NCBI GenBank assembly: GCA_937912225.1
Contig: CALDOJ010000035.1
Location: forward strand, 10,571-74,570
Source of the DNA: Candidatus Woesearchaeota archaeon
GTDB taxonomy: Archaea > Nanobdellota > Nanobdellia > Woesearchaeales > GCA-2686295
DNA length: 64,000 nt
Reading direction: 5' to 3'
In this document: positions 1 to 9,104 of the stretch, one piece after another
Layout of the letters: each line of letters begins with the position of its first letter
How positions within the stretch are numbered: position 1 is the stretch's first letter
Notes under the pieces: model-generated
The model's database searches: none
Told to the model about the DNA's origin: nothing
The model's input: only the letters and a program-made list of their open reading frames with translations
Translations under genes and position numbers: made by a program

Positions 1-209
1 ATTTGGCTATTTCTTAAACTTCTTAACTAACCTTATAAAAACCTTTAGCCAAAGCTTTATAAAGAGATAATAATTCTTTCAAATACATCTGAGGTGGTCA
101 AAAAGGTGAAACTTTTAAGACCTTATAGGTGTGTATAATTTCAGAGGCAATCAAAAAACAAAAGTTTTTTGGTGACTCAAAATTTGAAATTATTTTGGAG
201 GTAAAAAAG

Positions 210-392
210 ATGGAATTAAAAGAACCAAATTCAAAATTTATTAAATTACGTTGCGCTAAATGTAAAAATGAACAGATCGTGTTTGGAAAATCTGCTACAA
301 AAATTAATTGTTTAGTGTGTGGAAAACCTATCGCAGAATCTGGTGGTGGAAAGACTAAGATTAAAACTAGAATCTTAGAGGTGTTAGAGTAA
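210..392 (+). CDS. rps27e: 30S ribosomal protein S27e
   Basis: 60-aa product MELKEPNSKFIKLRCAKCKNEQIVFGKSATKINCLVCGKPIAESGGGK with a CxxC...CxxC zinc ribbon typical of S27e. GGAGGT lies a few nt upstream of ATG 210. The track ORF 129..392 starts at an upstream GTG with no S27e-like sequence. Confidence 0.85.
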   Translation: MELKEPNSKFIKLRCAKCKNEQIVFGKSATKINCLVCGKPIAESGGGKTKIKTRILEVLE

Positions 393-1172
393 ATGCTTTT
401 TCGAAGATCTGGTTTTCCTGAAGAAGGTGAATTAGTATTATGCACTGTAACAAAAATTCAATTTCATTCAGTATTTGTAAAAATAGATGAATTTGATAAG
501 TCAGGACTAATTCACATTTCAGAGATAAGTCCAGGTAGAATTAGAAACATTAATGATTATGTTAAAGAAGGTAAAAAGATAGTCTGTGTAATTCTTAGAA
601 CTAATGAAGAAAAAGGACATATTGATTTGTCTTTAAGAAGAGTAAATACTAGTCAGAGAAGAATAAAAACTGACGAAATAAAACAGGAACAAAAAGCTGA
701 GAAGATTCTTGAAATGTTAGCTAAAGATCTAAAAAAACCTGTTGATGAAATCTATAAACTTGTTTCTAAACCAATCTTAGAAGAGTATGATATGATTCAT
801 ATGGCTTTTGAAGACGTTGTTGAAAATGATGTTTCATTAGAGAAGTTAGGTGTTGAGAAGAAAATAGCAGCTAAACTAACTGAATCAATTAAAGAAAAAA
901 TTAAACCAAAGCAAGTAGAAATTTCAGGTCAGTTTCACATAACTAGTTATGCAGAAGATGGACTTGAAGTTATAAAAACTGCTTTGATTAAAGCCGATAA
1001 AATTAGTGATTCAATATCAATAAAGTATGAAGGTGGAGGATCTTACGGAATAGCTGTAATTGCTCCTGATTACAAAGAAGCTGAAGAAACTTTGAAGAAA
1101 GCAACTGAAACTGTAATCAGCTATGTTGAAGAGAATAATGGTACGGCAAGTTTTGAAAGAGCTGAAAAATGA
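393..1172 (+). CDS. eif2a: translation initiation factor aIF2 alpha subunit
   Basis: 259 aa. N-terminal S1 fold GELVLCTVTKIQFHSVFVKIDEF..GLIHISEISPGRIRNINDYVKEGKKIVCVIL..GHIDLSLRRV. Sits in the conserved archaeal S27e-aIF2alpha-Nop10 gene order. Confidence 0.9.
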   Translation: MLFRRSGFPEEGELVLCTVTKIQFHSVFVKIDEFDKSGLIHISEISPGRIRNINDYVKEGKKIVCVILRTNEEKGHIDLSLRRVNTSQRRIKTDEIKQEQKAEKILEMLAKDLKKPVDEIYKLVSKPILEEYDMIHMAFEDVVENDVSLEKLGVEKKIAAKLTESIKEKIKPKQVEISGQFHITSYAEDGLEVIKTALIKADKISDSISIKYEGGGSYGIAVIAPDYKEAEETLKKATETVISYVEENNGTASFERAEK

Positions 1173-1324
1173 GTAATATTTTGAAATGTGCTAAATGTGG
1201 CTCTTATAGCTTACAAGAAAAATGTGATTGTGGGGGTAAACGAGTTAACTCAAAGCCACCGAAATTCAGTGTTGAAGACAAATACGGAAAATACAGAAGG
1301 ATGTACAAATATGAAAACAAATAG
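1169..1324 (+). CDS. nop10: H/ACA RNP protein Nop10
   Basis: 51-aa ORF below the track size cut-off: MSNILKCAKCGSYSLQEKCDCGGKRVNSKPPKFSVEDKYGKYRRMYKYENK. It has a zinc ribbon plus the PPKFS.EDKY.KYRR Nop10 signature. Its ATG overlaps the aIF2alpha stop (ATGA). Confidence 0.85.
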   Translation: MSNILKCAKCGSYSLQEKCDCGGKRVNSKPPKFSVEDKYGKYRRMYKYENK

Positions 1325-2078
1325 CTGGAATGTATTAACATTAAAAAACGTGAAAGTTAATAAGCCAATATTTATCGAAGGCTTACCAGGTCTTGGAAAT
1401 GTTGGTAAAGTAGTTGCTGACACTTTAGTTGGTGAATTAAAAGCCGATAAAATTGTAGACATTTTTTCTCATACTCTTCCTAATTCTGTTTTTGTAAATG
1501 AAAAGAACTTAGTAGAACTTCCAAAAATTGAGTTATATCATAAGAAAATTGGAAAACAAGATTTTATATTCTTAACAGGAGATGTTCAACCAATGGATGA
1601 AGTCTCATCATACGAATTTACTGAAAAAATTCTTGATTTAATTCAAGGCTATAATTGTTCTGAAATAATCACTCTTGGAGGTATTGGCGTTAATGAAGTT
1701 GAACCAATGCCAAAAGTATTTTGTACTGGTAATCATTCAAAGTTTGTTTCAGAATTTCAAAAACACAAAGTTAACACCAAACTTTACGGCATTGTTGGTC
1801 CAATAATTGGAGTTTCTGGTTTATTACTTGGTTTAGGAGAAAAAAGAAATATTAAAGCGGCTTCATTATTAGCAGAAACTTATAATCATCCAATGTACAT
1901 TGGGCTAAGAGGCGCAAAACAAATTCTAAAAGTATTGATGAACAAGTATGGGCTTGATGTATCTTTAAAACAATTACAAAAAGAAATTAAAGACATGGAT
2001 ATTGAGATGGGTAACGATCCAAAACACGCAACAATTAACCAACTCAAAGGTGTTAAGGATGTTAACTATATAGGATAA
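1311..2078 (+). CDS. PAC2 (proteasome assembly chaperone 2-like, COG1938) family protein
   Basis: From ATG 1311: MKTNSWNVLTLKNVKVNKPIFIEGLPGLGNVGKVVADTLV...FLTGDVQP...ITLGGIG, the PAC2 pattern. This family commonly follows nop10 in archaea. The 41-aa N-terminal extension of track ORF 1188.. is the Nop10 gene read in another frame. Confidence 0.7.
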   Translation: MKTNSWNVLTLKNVKVNKPIFIEGLPGLGNVGKVVADTLVGELKADKIVDIFSHTLPNSVFVNEKNLVELPKIELYHKKIGKQDFIFLTGDVQPMDEVSSYEFTEKILDLIQGYNCSEIITLGGIGVNEVEPMPKVFCTGNHSKFVSEFQKHKVNTKLYGIVGPIIGVSGLLLGLGEKRNIKAASLLAETYNHPMYIGLRGAKQILKVLMNKYGLDVSLKQLQKEIKDMDIEMGNDPKHATINQLKGVKDVNYIG

Positions 2079-2534
2079 TTATTTGTATTCTGGTTGAAAT
2101 AATTCTTTTTCTTTTGCATATTTTTTATTTATATTTCTTTGTTCATAGTCAAACATATCTTGTTCTATTCCGTTGATACGAATAACTCCTGGTTTTTTTG
2201 GTGTTCGTAATACTTTTTCTAACTTCCAAGTTTTTGAATCAATCCTTGCTTTTAATAATCTATATTCTTCTACTGTTTCTGGATTATCATCATAATTATA
2301 GTATATTTCTCTTGTTGATAAACTGTCGTGTGGAGGTCTATACCAAGGTTCTATACAGTATTTTCCTTCACTAGTTTTGTCAATTACTAACATTGTTCTG
2401 TTTCCTTTTTCTTCATTCCATGGACTTTTTTTCTCTGCATGAAAATCATAGTTGTGTAGTGTTGTTCCTGCAATTAAAGTGCTTAATATTAAAAATGTTG
2501 AAAGTCTTTTTTTGTATGTATTCATTTGTTTCAC
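2079..2534 (-). CDS. hypothetical secreted or membrane-anchored protein
   Basis: 151 aa. N-terminal hydrophobic segment LSTFLILSTLIAGTTL after a basic n-region. No recognisable domain. Confidence 0.5.
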   Translation of the reverse strand: MKQMNTYKKRLSTFLILSTLIAGTTLHNYDFHAEKKSPWNEEKGNRTMLVIDKTSEGKYCIEPWYRPPHDSLSTREIYYNYDDNPETVEEYRLLKARIDSKTWKLEKVLRTPKKPGVIRINGIEQDMFDYEQRNINKKYAKEKELFQPEYK

Positions 2535-2545
2535 CTTTTTTATTT

Positions 2546-2908
2546 TTAAAATATAGTTCGTTTTTCATAATGTTTTATTTTAGATTCTAATCTGCTTAAT
2601 GTTGTATCGTTTGGAAAATGTTTTCTGATGTAATATCTTTTATTCAAGTCTCGTTCTATAATTCTACTACTTTTTATAATTGCATTAAATATTCGATATT
2701 CGCGTGTTTCAAAATCGTGTTTAGATATTCCACATTCTCCTGGTGGAAGTCCGTGTTCTTTTACATATGCTTTTTTCCACAATTTGTCTTCTACTTTGTA
2801 TCTTTCTTTTTCTAGCGCGTTGATTTTTGTTTCATAATAAATTTCGTTAGTTACTAATGTTCCTAGTATCCATAAACTTCCCAAAATAATTTTAGTTCTT
2901 TTTTTCAT
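2546..2908 (-). CDS. hypothetical membrane-anchored protein
   Basis: 120 aa. MKKRTKIILGSLWILGTLV signal anchor. Tandem with 2079..2534 on the minus strand. Confidence 0.5.
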   Translation of the reverse strand: MKKRTKIILGSLWILGTLVTNEIYYETKINALEKERYKVEDKLWKKAYVKEHGLPPGECGISKHDFETREYRIFNAIIKSSRIIERDLNKRYYIRKHFPNDTTLSRLESKIKHYEKRTIF

Positions 2909-2973
2909 GTAATTTAGGAGTGTTCTTTAGAATATTAACTTTTGTGGTAAGAATCCTTACATCAATAGAAATA

Positions 2974-2981
2974 TTTATATA
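2974..2981 (+). promoter_or_regulatory. archaeal TATA-box-like element (TTTATATA) upstream of the TrmB gene
   Basis: TTTATATA centred about 26 nt upstream of ATG 3004. The spacing fits a leaderless or short-leader archaeal transcript. Confidence 0.35.
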
Positions 2982-3003
2982 TTGTCGAGTATATTAATTA
3001 ATT

Positions 3004-3714
3004 ATGGATTCAAAACAACTTGAAAAAATAGGTTTTTCAAAGAACGAATCTAAAATATACTTGTCATTAATAGAGCATGGACCTTTAATGGCAGGAGCAA
3101 TAAGTAAGAAAACTCAGATTAACAGAAGAACAACTTATGATACGATTGAGCGATTAATAGAAAAAGGATATGTTTCATATAGTATTGAAGCAAACAGAAA
3201 AGTTTTCAAAGCAGTTAATCCAAGCATTATAATAGATAAACTTGAAGAAAAAGAACGAGAAGCAAAAAAAATTGTTCCTGATTTACAAAAATTATTTGAC
3301 CAAACAAAAGAAAATGCTGATGCAGAAATATATAGAGGAAGAAAAGGAATACGATCAATTCTTTTTGATATTTTAAAAGAACCTTCTTATGATGTATTCG
3401 GATCAAACATTTTTCCAGATATATTAAAACATGATTTTTTAATTTTTCAAAAAAAGAAAAAAGAATTAAAGATAAAAAGTAGGATGGTTGTTAATAAATC
3501 TGTAAAAAAACATCCTATGTTTAAAGAAACAAGTATGAAATGTAGATTCATAAAAGATGAATTCTCATCACCAACATCAACTTATGTTTATGGAAATAAA
3601 ATTGCAATAATAATTTTATCGCCCTTAATGGTTGGACTGGTTGTTGAAAATAAATCTGTTGCTACTTCATTTAAAAATTATTTTGAAACCTTGTGGGGTG
3701 TTGGTGAAAAATGA
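3004..3714 (+). CDS. TrmB-family transcriptional regulator
   Basis: N-terminal wHTH LEKIGFSKNESKIYLSLIEHGPLMAGAISKKTQINRRTTYDTIERLIEKGYVSY followed by a coiled linker and a C-terminal effector-type domain ending FETLWG. Heads the pilus locus. Confidence 0.8.
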   Translation: MDSKQLEKIGFSKNESKIYLSLIEHGPLMAGAISKKTQINRRTTYDTIERLIEKGYVSYSIEANRKVFKAVNPSIIIDKLEEKEREAKKIVPDLQKLFDQTKENADAEIYRGRKGIRSILFDILKEPSYDVFGSNIFPDILKHDFLIFQKKKKELKIKSRMVVNKSVKKHPMFKETSMKCRFIKDEFSSPTSTYVYGNKIAIIILSPLMVGLVVENKSVATSFKNYFETLWGVGEK

Positions 3715-3752
3715 AAAAACTTTATAAACCTAGAAGTGAAATCTTTAATCTT

Positions 3753-4157
3753 ATGGGAAGAGGTCAGGTGAGTATGGAGTTTCTACTAATTATGGGAGTA
3801 GCTTTTGTTATGATAATCCCTGTTCTAATTCTTTTCTTAACACAATCTCAAGATATGCAAGAAGACGTGTCTGCAGCTCAAGTAAATAAACTAGCTGATG
3901 AACTAGTAGATGCAGCTGATAATGTATATTATTTAGGCACTCCATCTAAAAAAACTATTAAAGCTTATATGCCTAATTTTATTGAAAGTTTTAATTTTAC
4001 TTCTAATAGAATAATTATTAATGTTAATACAGGTAGCAGACAATATTCTATTTTCAAAGTAACAGCTGCAAATCTTACAGGCACTTTATCAACTGAAGTA
4101 GGACTTCATGTAATTGAGATAACTGCTGAAAATAATGGTGTTAAGATAGAAGGATGA
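3753..4157 (+). CDS. type IV pilin-like protein (class III signal peptide)
   Basis: MGRG|QVSMEFLLIMGVAFVMIIPVLILFL. Short basic leader, Gly at -1, Gln at +1, Glu at +5 and a hydrophobic helix, as in Epd/DUF361-type archaeal pilins. Track ORF starts at 3711; ATG 3753 gives a typical leader length. Confidence 0.7.
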   Translation: MGRGQVSMEFLLIMGVAFVMIIPVLILFLTQSQDMQEDVSAAQVNKLADELVDAADNVYYLGTPSKKTIKAYMPNFIESFNFTSNRIIINVNTGSRQYSIFKVTAANLTGTLSTEVGLHVIEITAENNGVKIEG

Positions 4158-4540
4158 GATTCAAAAAGTCCCAACTAAGTCTTGAATTTATGTCGTTCTT
4201 AGCTTTAGGAGTTGTTTTTGCATTAGTCTTTTTGCTAATGGTCAAAATTCTAATTAATGACCAGACAGAAGATAGGAATGTTGCTGAAATTAGAGATTTT
4301 GGTTATTCAATTCAGCGAGAACTCATCTTAGCTGCAGAAGTTAATCCAGGTTATGAAAGACAAATGATGATTCCGGATAAAGTTGGTTTAATTGATTATG
4401 CAATTAATAATACTGAAAGCTTATTAATAATTAATTATGACAATAGTGATTATACTTTTCCAATACCAAATATTTCTGGAACTGTAACTAAAGGATTAAG
4501 AACGATTAAAAATGTTGGAGGCCAAGTCCAAATTGAATAA
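4154..4540 (+). CDS. type IV pilin-like protein (class III signal peptide)
   Basis: MRFKKS|QLSLEFMSFLALGVVFALVFLL. Same Q+1/E+5 pattern. Start overlaps the upstream stop. Confidence 0.7.
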   Translation: MRFKKSQLSLEFMSFLALGVVFALVFLLMVKILINDQTEDRNVAEIRDFGYSIQRELILAAEVNPGYERQMMIPDKVGLIDYAINNTESLLIINYDNSDYTFPIPNISGTVTKGLRTIKNVGGQVQIE

Positions 4541-5033
4541 GCAAGCTCAGATTTGGATAACTGATTTTATAATTGGGTTTTTAATATTTTCATTAGGTGC
4601 AGTTATGTCAATAAAATTCATTTTTCATATGATGGCCGAAGATAATTTTGCAGAAATCCAAAATGAAGCTCAAGTTATTTCAGAATTTTTAATGAGTGAA
4701 GGAGTTCCAAATAATTGGAATAATGAAACTGTTATCAGGCTTGGATTAACAACTGATAATATTCTTAATTCAACTAAACTCGGTTATTTTTATGATTTAA
4801 ATTATTCAGTTTCAAGAGATTATTTTAATACTAAATTTGATTATTTTGTTTTCTTTCAAGATAATGGGACTGTCATGAATATAACAACTTGCGGATATGG
4901 CCATCCTGATGTTCAAACAGATAATTGTAGTATTAATATTTCTGGGTTAACATATGATGATTTTGTTTATGTTAAAAGATTAGTTCCTTATAATAATTCA
5001 ATAATTGAGATGGTGATTTATTTATGGGCTTGA
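4512..5033 (+). CDS. type IV pilin-like protein (minor pilin candidate)
   Basis: ..KLNKQA|QIWITDFIIGFLIFSLGAVM pilin-like N-terminus. Translationally coupled to its neighbours. An alternative TTG start lies near 4533. Confidence 0.55.
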   Translation: MLEAKSKLNKQAQIWITDFIIGFLIFSLGAVMSIKFIFHMMAEDNFAEIQNEAQVISEFLMSEGVPNNWNNETVIRLGLTTDNILNSTKLGYFYDLNYSVSRDYFNTKFDYFVFFQDNGTVMNITTCGYGHPDVQTDNCSINISGLTYDDFVYVKRLVPYNNSIIEMVIYLWA

Positions 5034-7771
5034 GAAAAAAAGGATTTTTTTTTACATTAGATGCTTTTTTTGCAGTAGTACTTCTAGTAACTGGCATGAT
5101 TTTACTTTCAAAATTTACATTTCAAGAAATTAATACTGAACAAATTGATACTATTTCAAAAGATGTTCTGGTGGCATTTTCAGAATTAAAAGTTGGTAAT
5201 ATTAATAATTCTTGGATTCAGAACGAAATAAATTCCAGTAGTATAACCTCAGTTGATAATTCAATTCTTGAACAAATTGGGGAGTATTGGGCGACTGGTG
5301 AATTGGCAAAAGCAGAATATCTTGCACAATTAATGTCTGCTAATTTAATACCTTCAAAATACGGTTTTAGTATTGTAATTGACGGTACAACAATTTATAA
5401 TCGAACTATTTCTAAAACTAGAGATTTAGTTAGCGCTCAAAGAATGGTTTCTGGAATTGCAGCGGGTTCACCTATTGAAGGATCTTCATCTTCAGCGTAC
5501 TTGCGAAAAATTAGGTCAAAAATGACTTCTTCATATGCTTATTTTGGAGGGTTTATTGGACAAGGAAACATATCTGTTTTATCAGAACCATTACCTATTG
5601 ATATAACTGGCGGGAATATTTTCGAGATGAAATTAGAGTTGGATGTAGCTGATGATTTTTATTTATACATTAACGACGATATTTGTAATTCTTCAAACAT
5701 AACTTCTTTATTTACTCCATCAACTGCAAATATGACTCCTGATATTTGGGATATTACAACTTGTAAATCTTATGTGAATCCTGGTAGAAATAATTTTTCA
5801 ATAATTTTTCAAGACTTCACAAACAATTCATATGTTGCAGGAGGTTATTTAAAAGTTAATTATAATACTAATGAAACTGTTAGTAATTTTACTTATGGAA
5901 TTAAAAAATATGATTTTCCTGAGATTAATGGTATTGTAAATTTATATGATTCTTTTTATATTCCTGGAACTTTAAATTCGATGAAAATTTATTTACATTA
6001 TTTTTTCAATCATACTAATAATTCAGAAGTTTCAACATACTTAACAATTGGTTCTGTGCCTGTTTTAAATGATACAACTTCAACATCTGAACAAATTATT
6101 TTGTTAAATGATTCTGACATATCTTCTCTTTTAAATTATTCTTTTTTAAGCAATAAAACAGTTCCTTTGAGAATGTCTTCATACAAACAAGTTCTAGAAG
6201 AATTTATTACTGGCGGAAATGCTGATGTAATATTAATTACTGACATGTCTGGAAGTATGAAAAAATCTATTTATGATAATACTGATCAGGGTAGTGCAGC
6301 TATTGATTGTGATGACCTTGGAGCTAATCCTAACGCTAGAAAAACTGCTTTAGCAAAATGTTTAGATAAGAAATTTGTTAATATTGTTATGAATTATTCT
6401 GGAAATAGAGTTTGGCCTATTCAAATTTATAATGATCAAATAAATGCTATGGATGCGCCTAGAAATTGGTCTGATGCATCTGATGTTGCTGATGAGATAA
6501 ATTCTTATAATGCAAATAATGGGCTGGGTAAAACTTGTTTGGCTTGTGCAGTGAATAAAGCTTATGAATTACTAGAACAATATGGTGATCCTTTAAAACA
6601 AAACTTTATTGTTTTAATGACTGATGGAGTACCAACACACTGTGCAGACGGTTCTTGTACAAGTAATTCGTCAACTTATGGAGCTTTAGAATGTGATGGT
6701 TATTGTGATGTTCCTGGTTTGAATTGTGGAGTTCCTGAAGGTTGTAATGACGATAGTTGTTCAGCAGCTGAAAATAATACTTTGTATTCTGCAAACAGAG
6801 TTATCAACGAATTTAACACCACTATTTATACTATAGGATTTGGATTGATTTCGGAATGTTCCAAAGCAATGACTTTATTAGATACAATTGCAAATATGAC
6901 AAATGGAACTTTTCAGAATAGTAGCAATGTAACAATATTAGAAACGATTTATGGAGATATTGCTTATGATGTATTAGAAAAATCAACCCAATACTCTCAA
7001 AAAGTTGTTATAAATTCCAGTGTTGAAAGATCAATTCTTTATGATGATTCTTATATTGAATTTAATTACACACCTGCATTTGCAGATATAAAACCTGACG
7101 AGATCTCAGTTAATTTTCAATCTGATCAGTTCGGTTCTTGTAATGCTTCTGTAAATCTTTCTGAAGGTGCAAGATTCTTTGATGCAAGAGTAACTTCTTA
7201 TTCTGCAGAACATTGGACTGATTTATTAACTGTGAATGGGATTGTAGTGTATAATTTATCAGATTATTTAATAAATTATTCTGTAGATTATGTTCGATTG
7301 GGAGATCCTTATACTATCGAAATACCTGTTGATTTATTAGTTAATGGTTTGAATAATATTTCTATTCGAACAGCAGATTCTCCAACTAACTCTACGGGGT
7401 GCTCGAATAATAATTCTTTAATTTATCGAGTAATGGTTAATTATTCTTCGTCCAGATCTGGAGTTGTTGAAAACTCTGAAGGTTGCGATTGGCTTTTAGA
7501 ATTTGAAGATGGAACGTTTTCTAATGTTTCAGTTCCTTCATCTTATGCTGGAATCAAAGAATGTAATTTTACAAACTCTTCAATCTATTACGATTCAGTT
7601 GATGCATATGACATTGCTGCTTATGGAATTTTTAATGCTTTAGATTTTGATGATGATGGACGATTATTATTCAATTTTGTATCTGAAGATCTTGAAATAT
7701 TTGTTAATGTTGTTACAGGCATTCCTTATCTTTGGGGTCCTGCAATAGTTGAAGCGAGGGTTTGGCAATGA
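5024..7771 (+). CDS. pilin-like N-terminus fused to a large VWA-domain adhesin candidate
   Basis: 915 aa. MGLRKKG|FFFTLDAFFAVVLLVTGMILL prepilin-like start. VWA MIDAS elements DVILITDMSGSMKK, VLMTDGVPT and YTIGFG. A Cys-rich patch follows. NxS/T sequons are very dense. Confidence 0.7.
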   Translation: MGLRKKGFFFTLDAFFAVVLLVTGMILLSKFTFQEINTEQIDTISKDVLVAFSELKVGNINNSWIQNEINSSSITSVDNSILEQIGEYWATGELAKAEYLAQLMSANLIPSKYGFSIVIDGTTIYNRTISKTRDLVSAQRMVSGIAAGSPIEGSSSSAYLRKIRSKMTSSYAYFGGFIGQGNISVLSEPLPIDITGGNIFEMKLELDVADDFYLYINDDICNSSNITSLFTPSTANMTPDIWDITTCKSYVNPGRNNFSIIFQDFTNNSYVAGGYLKVNYNTNETVSNFTYGIKKYDFPEINGIVNLYDSFYIPGTLNSMKIYLHYFFNHTNNSEVSTYLTIGSVPVLNDTTSTSEQIILLNDSDISSLLNYSFLSNKTVPLRMSSYKQVLEEFITGGNADVILITDMSGSMKKSIYDNTDQGSAAIDCDDLGANPNARKTALAKCLDKKFVNIVMNYSGNRVWPIQIYNDQINAMDAPRNWSDASDVADEINSYNANNGLGKTCLACAVNKAYELLEQYGDPLKQNFIVLMTDGVPTHCADGSCTSNSSTYGALECDGYCDVPGLNCGVPEGCNDDSCSAAENNTLYSANRVINEFNTTIYTIGFGLISECSKAMTLLDTIANMTNGTFQNSSNVTILETIYGDIAYDVLEKSTQYSQKVVINSSVERSILYDDSYIEFNYTPAFADIKPDEISVNFQSDQFGSCNASVNLSEGARFFDARVTSYSAEHWTDLLTVNGIVVYNLSDYLINYSVDYVRLGDPYTIEIPVDLLVNGLNNISIRTADSPTNSTGCSNNNSLIYRVMVNYSSSRSGVVENSEGCDWLLEFEDGTFSNVSVPSSYAGIKECNFTNSSIYYDSVDAYDIAAYGIFNALDFDDDGRLLFNFVSEDLEIFVNVVTGIPYLWGPAIVEARVWQ

Positions 7772-8721
7772 ATAAACGAGGAATGATTTACACTGTTGTT
7801 GTCTTAATCTTTTTTGCAGTTATGTTAAATGTTTTTTACACTCATGAAGTTTATAGTTTTGGAGAAAAACAAGATGCAATTGAAATTCGTATTAGTACGA
7901 TGAATGATTTTATTAAAGATTTAGATAAAGATGCAGAACGAGCAGCTTATATTGCTGGTTTTCGTTCATTAATTGCATTAGAAGAGTACATTTCTTCAAA
8001 AGGAGAATTTGTATCTGATATAGATGCTAGTTTCAGAGAAGCATTTTATAATGGCAGTATTGGTAATTATTCTCCAACAATTCTTGATCAGTCAAGTTTC
8101 TCAGTTTATCTTGCAAGAGTTAATGAAAAATCTGAAGAAATAGATATTCAATTGTCAGTAGTTGTAAAAGATGTTAATTTATATCAAGAAACTCCTTGGA
8201 TTGTAAAAGTTGAAGTCATTACTGCAATTAATATAACTGATAGAAAAGGTTTGGCTAATTGGGTTTATAATGATACATTTACTTCATTAATTCCAATAAT
8301 TGGTTTTAGAAATCCCCTTTTTAGTGTTAATACACTTGGAAGACTTCATAGTTTTGTTGCAGCTGTTCCTTCAAACATGACCGAGTTTGTTATTAATAAT
8401 CAAACAGATAATCTTTTAGAATTAATTGCTGAAGGATATTATGTTGAATCAACTCAAGCGCCTAGTTTCATAATGCGATTTGAAGGTAATTTATCAAATG
8501 ATACTAATGGAATAGAAGCTTTGGTCGATATTGAATTTTTAGAAAAACAAGAAGATATAACTATTGATTATGATAGGAGTCTGGTCGATTATATTTATTT
8601 TGGAAATCAATCAACAACAAATGTTTGCACTGTTCAAAATATGCCTGCATGGTTTAAAATAGACGATAATCATTTAAATGATTATGAGATAAATGAATTA
8701 ACTTATGTTGCTTGCCCATGA
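7768..8721 (+). CDS. type IV pilin-like protein (minor pilin candidate)
   Basis: MNKRG|MIYTVVVLIFFAVMLNVF prepilin-like N-terminus. ATG 7768 overlaps the upstream stop. The track uses TTG 7762. Confidence 0.6.
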   Translation: MNKRGMIYTVVVLIFFAVMLNVFYTHEVYSFGEKQDAIEIRISTMNDFIKDLDKDAERAAYIAGFRSLIALEEYISSKGEFVSDIDASFREAFYNGSIGNYSPTILDQSSFSVYLARVNEKSEEIDIQLSVVVKDVNLYQETPWIVKVEVITAINITDRKGLANWVYNDTFTSLIPIIGFRNPLFSVNTLGRLHSFVAAVPSNMTEFVINNQTDNLLELIAEGYYVESTQAPSFIMRFEGNLSNDTNGIEALVDIEFLEKQEDITIDYDRSLVDYIYFGNQSTTNVCTVQNMPAWFKIDDNHLNDYEINELTYVACP

Positions 8722-9053
8722 TAACTAATAAAACTAAAAACGAAATTTTGGTTGACAAGAGTCAAGTATGTGTTTCTAGTTGGTCAAAAGCTATTGGTTT
8801 AATGTTTTCTATGAAAAAAGAATTGGCTTTAATATTCACATTTGGTCATGCTAAAAAAGTTCCATTGCATATGTGGTTTGTTTTTTACCCAATTGATGTT
8901 TTATTTTTAGATGAACATAGGCGAGTTGTTGAAATAAAGCGAAATTTTAAACCTTTTACTTACTATAATCCAAGAAAAAAATCAAAATATGTCCTTGAGC
9001 TTCCTGTAAGAAGAACTGATAATACTGACATAAATGATCAAATAGATTTCTAA
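8712..9053 (+). CDS. DUF192 family protein
   Basis: KAIGLMF...LIFTF....PLHMWFVFYPIDVLFLDEHRRVVEI....YVLELP matches the DUF192 (COG1430) pattern GLM..l.F.....MwmknT..pLDiiF.d...V. Confidence 0.6.
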   Translation: MPMITNKTKNEILVDKSQVCVSSWSKAIGLMFSMKKELALIFTFGHAKKVPLHMWFVFYPIDVLFLDEHRRVVEIKRNFKPFTYYNPRKKSKYVLELPVRRTDNTDINDQIDF

Positions 9054-9082
9054 TTCTAACTTTTTGTTTTTATAGAAAGATT

Positions 9083-9090
9083 TTTATATT
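9083..9090 (+). promoter_or_regulatory. TATA-box-like element (TTTATATT)
   Basis: About 20 nt upstream of ATG 9105. A-rich BRE-like sequence lies upstream. Confidence 0.3.
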
Positions 9091-9104
9091 CTTGAGCTTA
9101 AATT

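Noticed and set aside
1-209. Expected rpl44e gene upstream of rps27e, and the minus-strand ORF 98..445
   Set aside because: All three plus-strand frames upstream of 129 are broken by stops, and nothing resembles L44e. ORF 98..445 is antisense to rps27e and the aIF2alpha start, and it is low-complexity.
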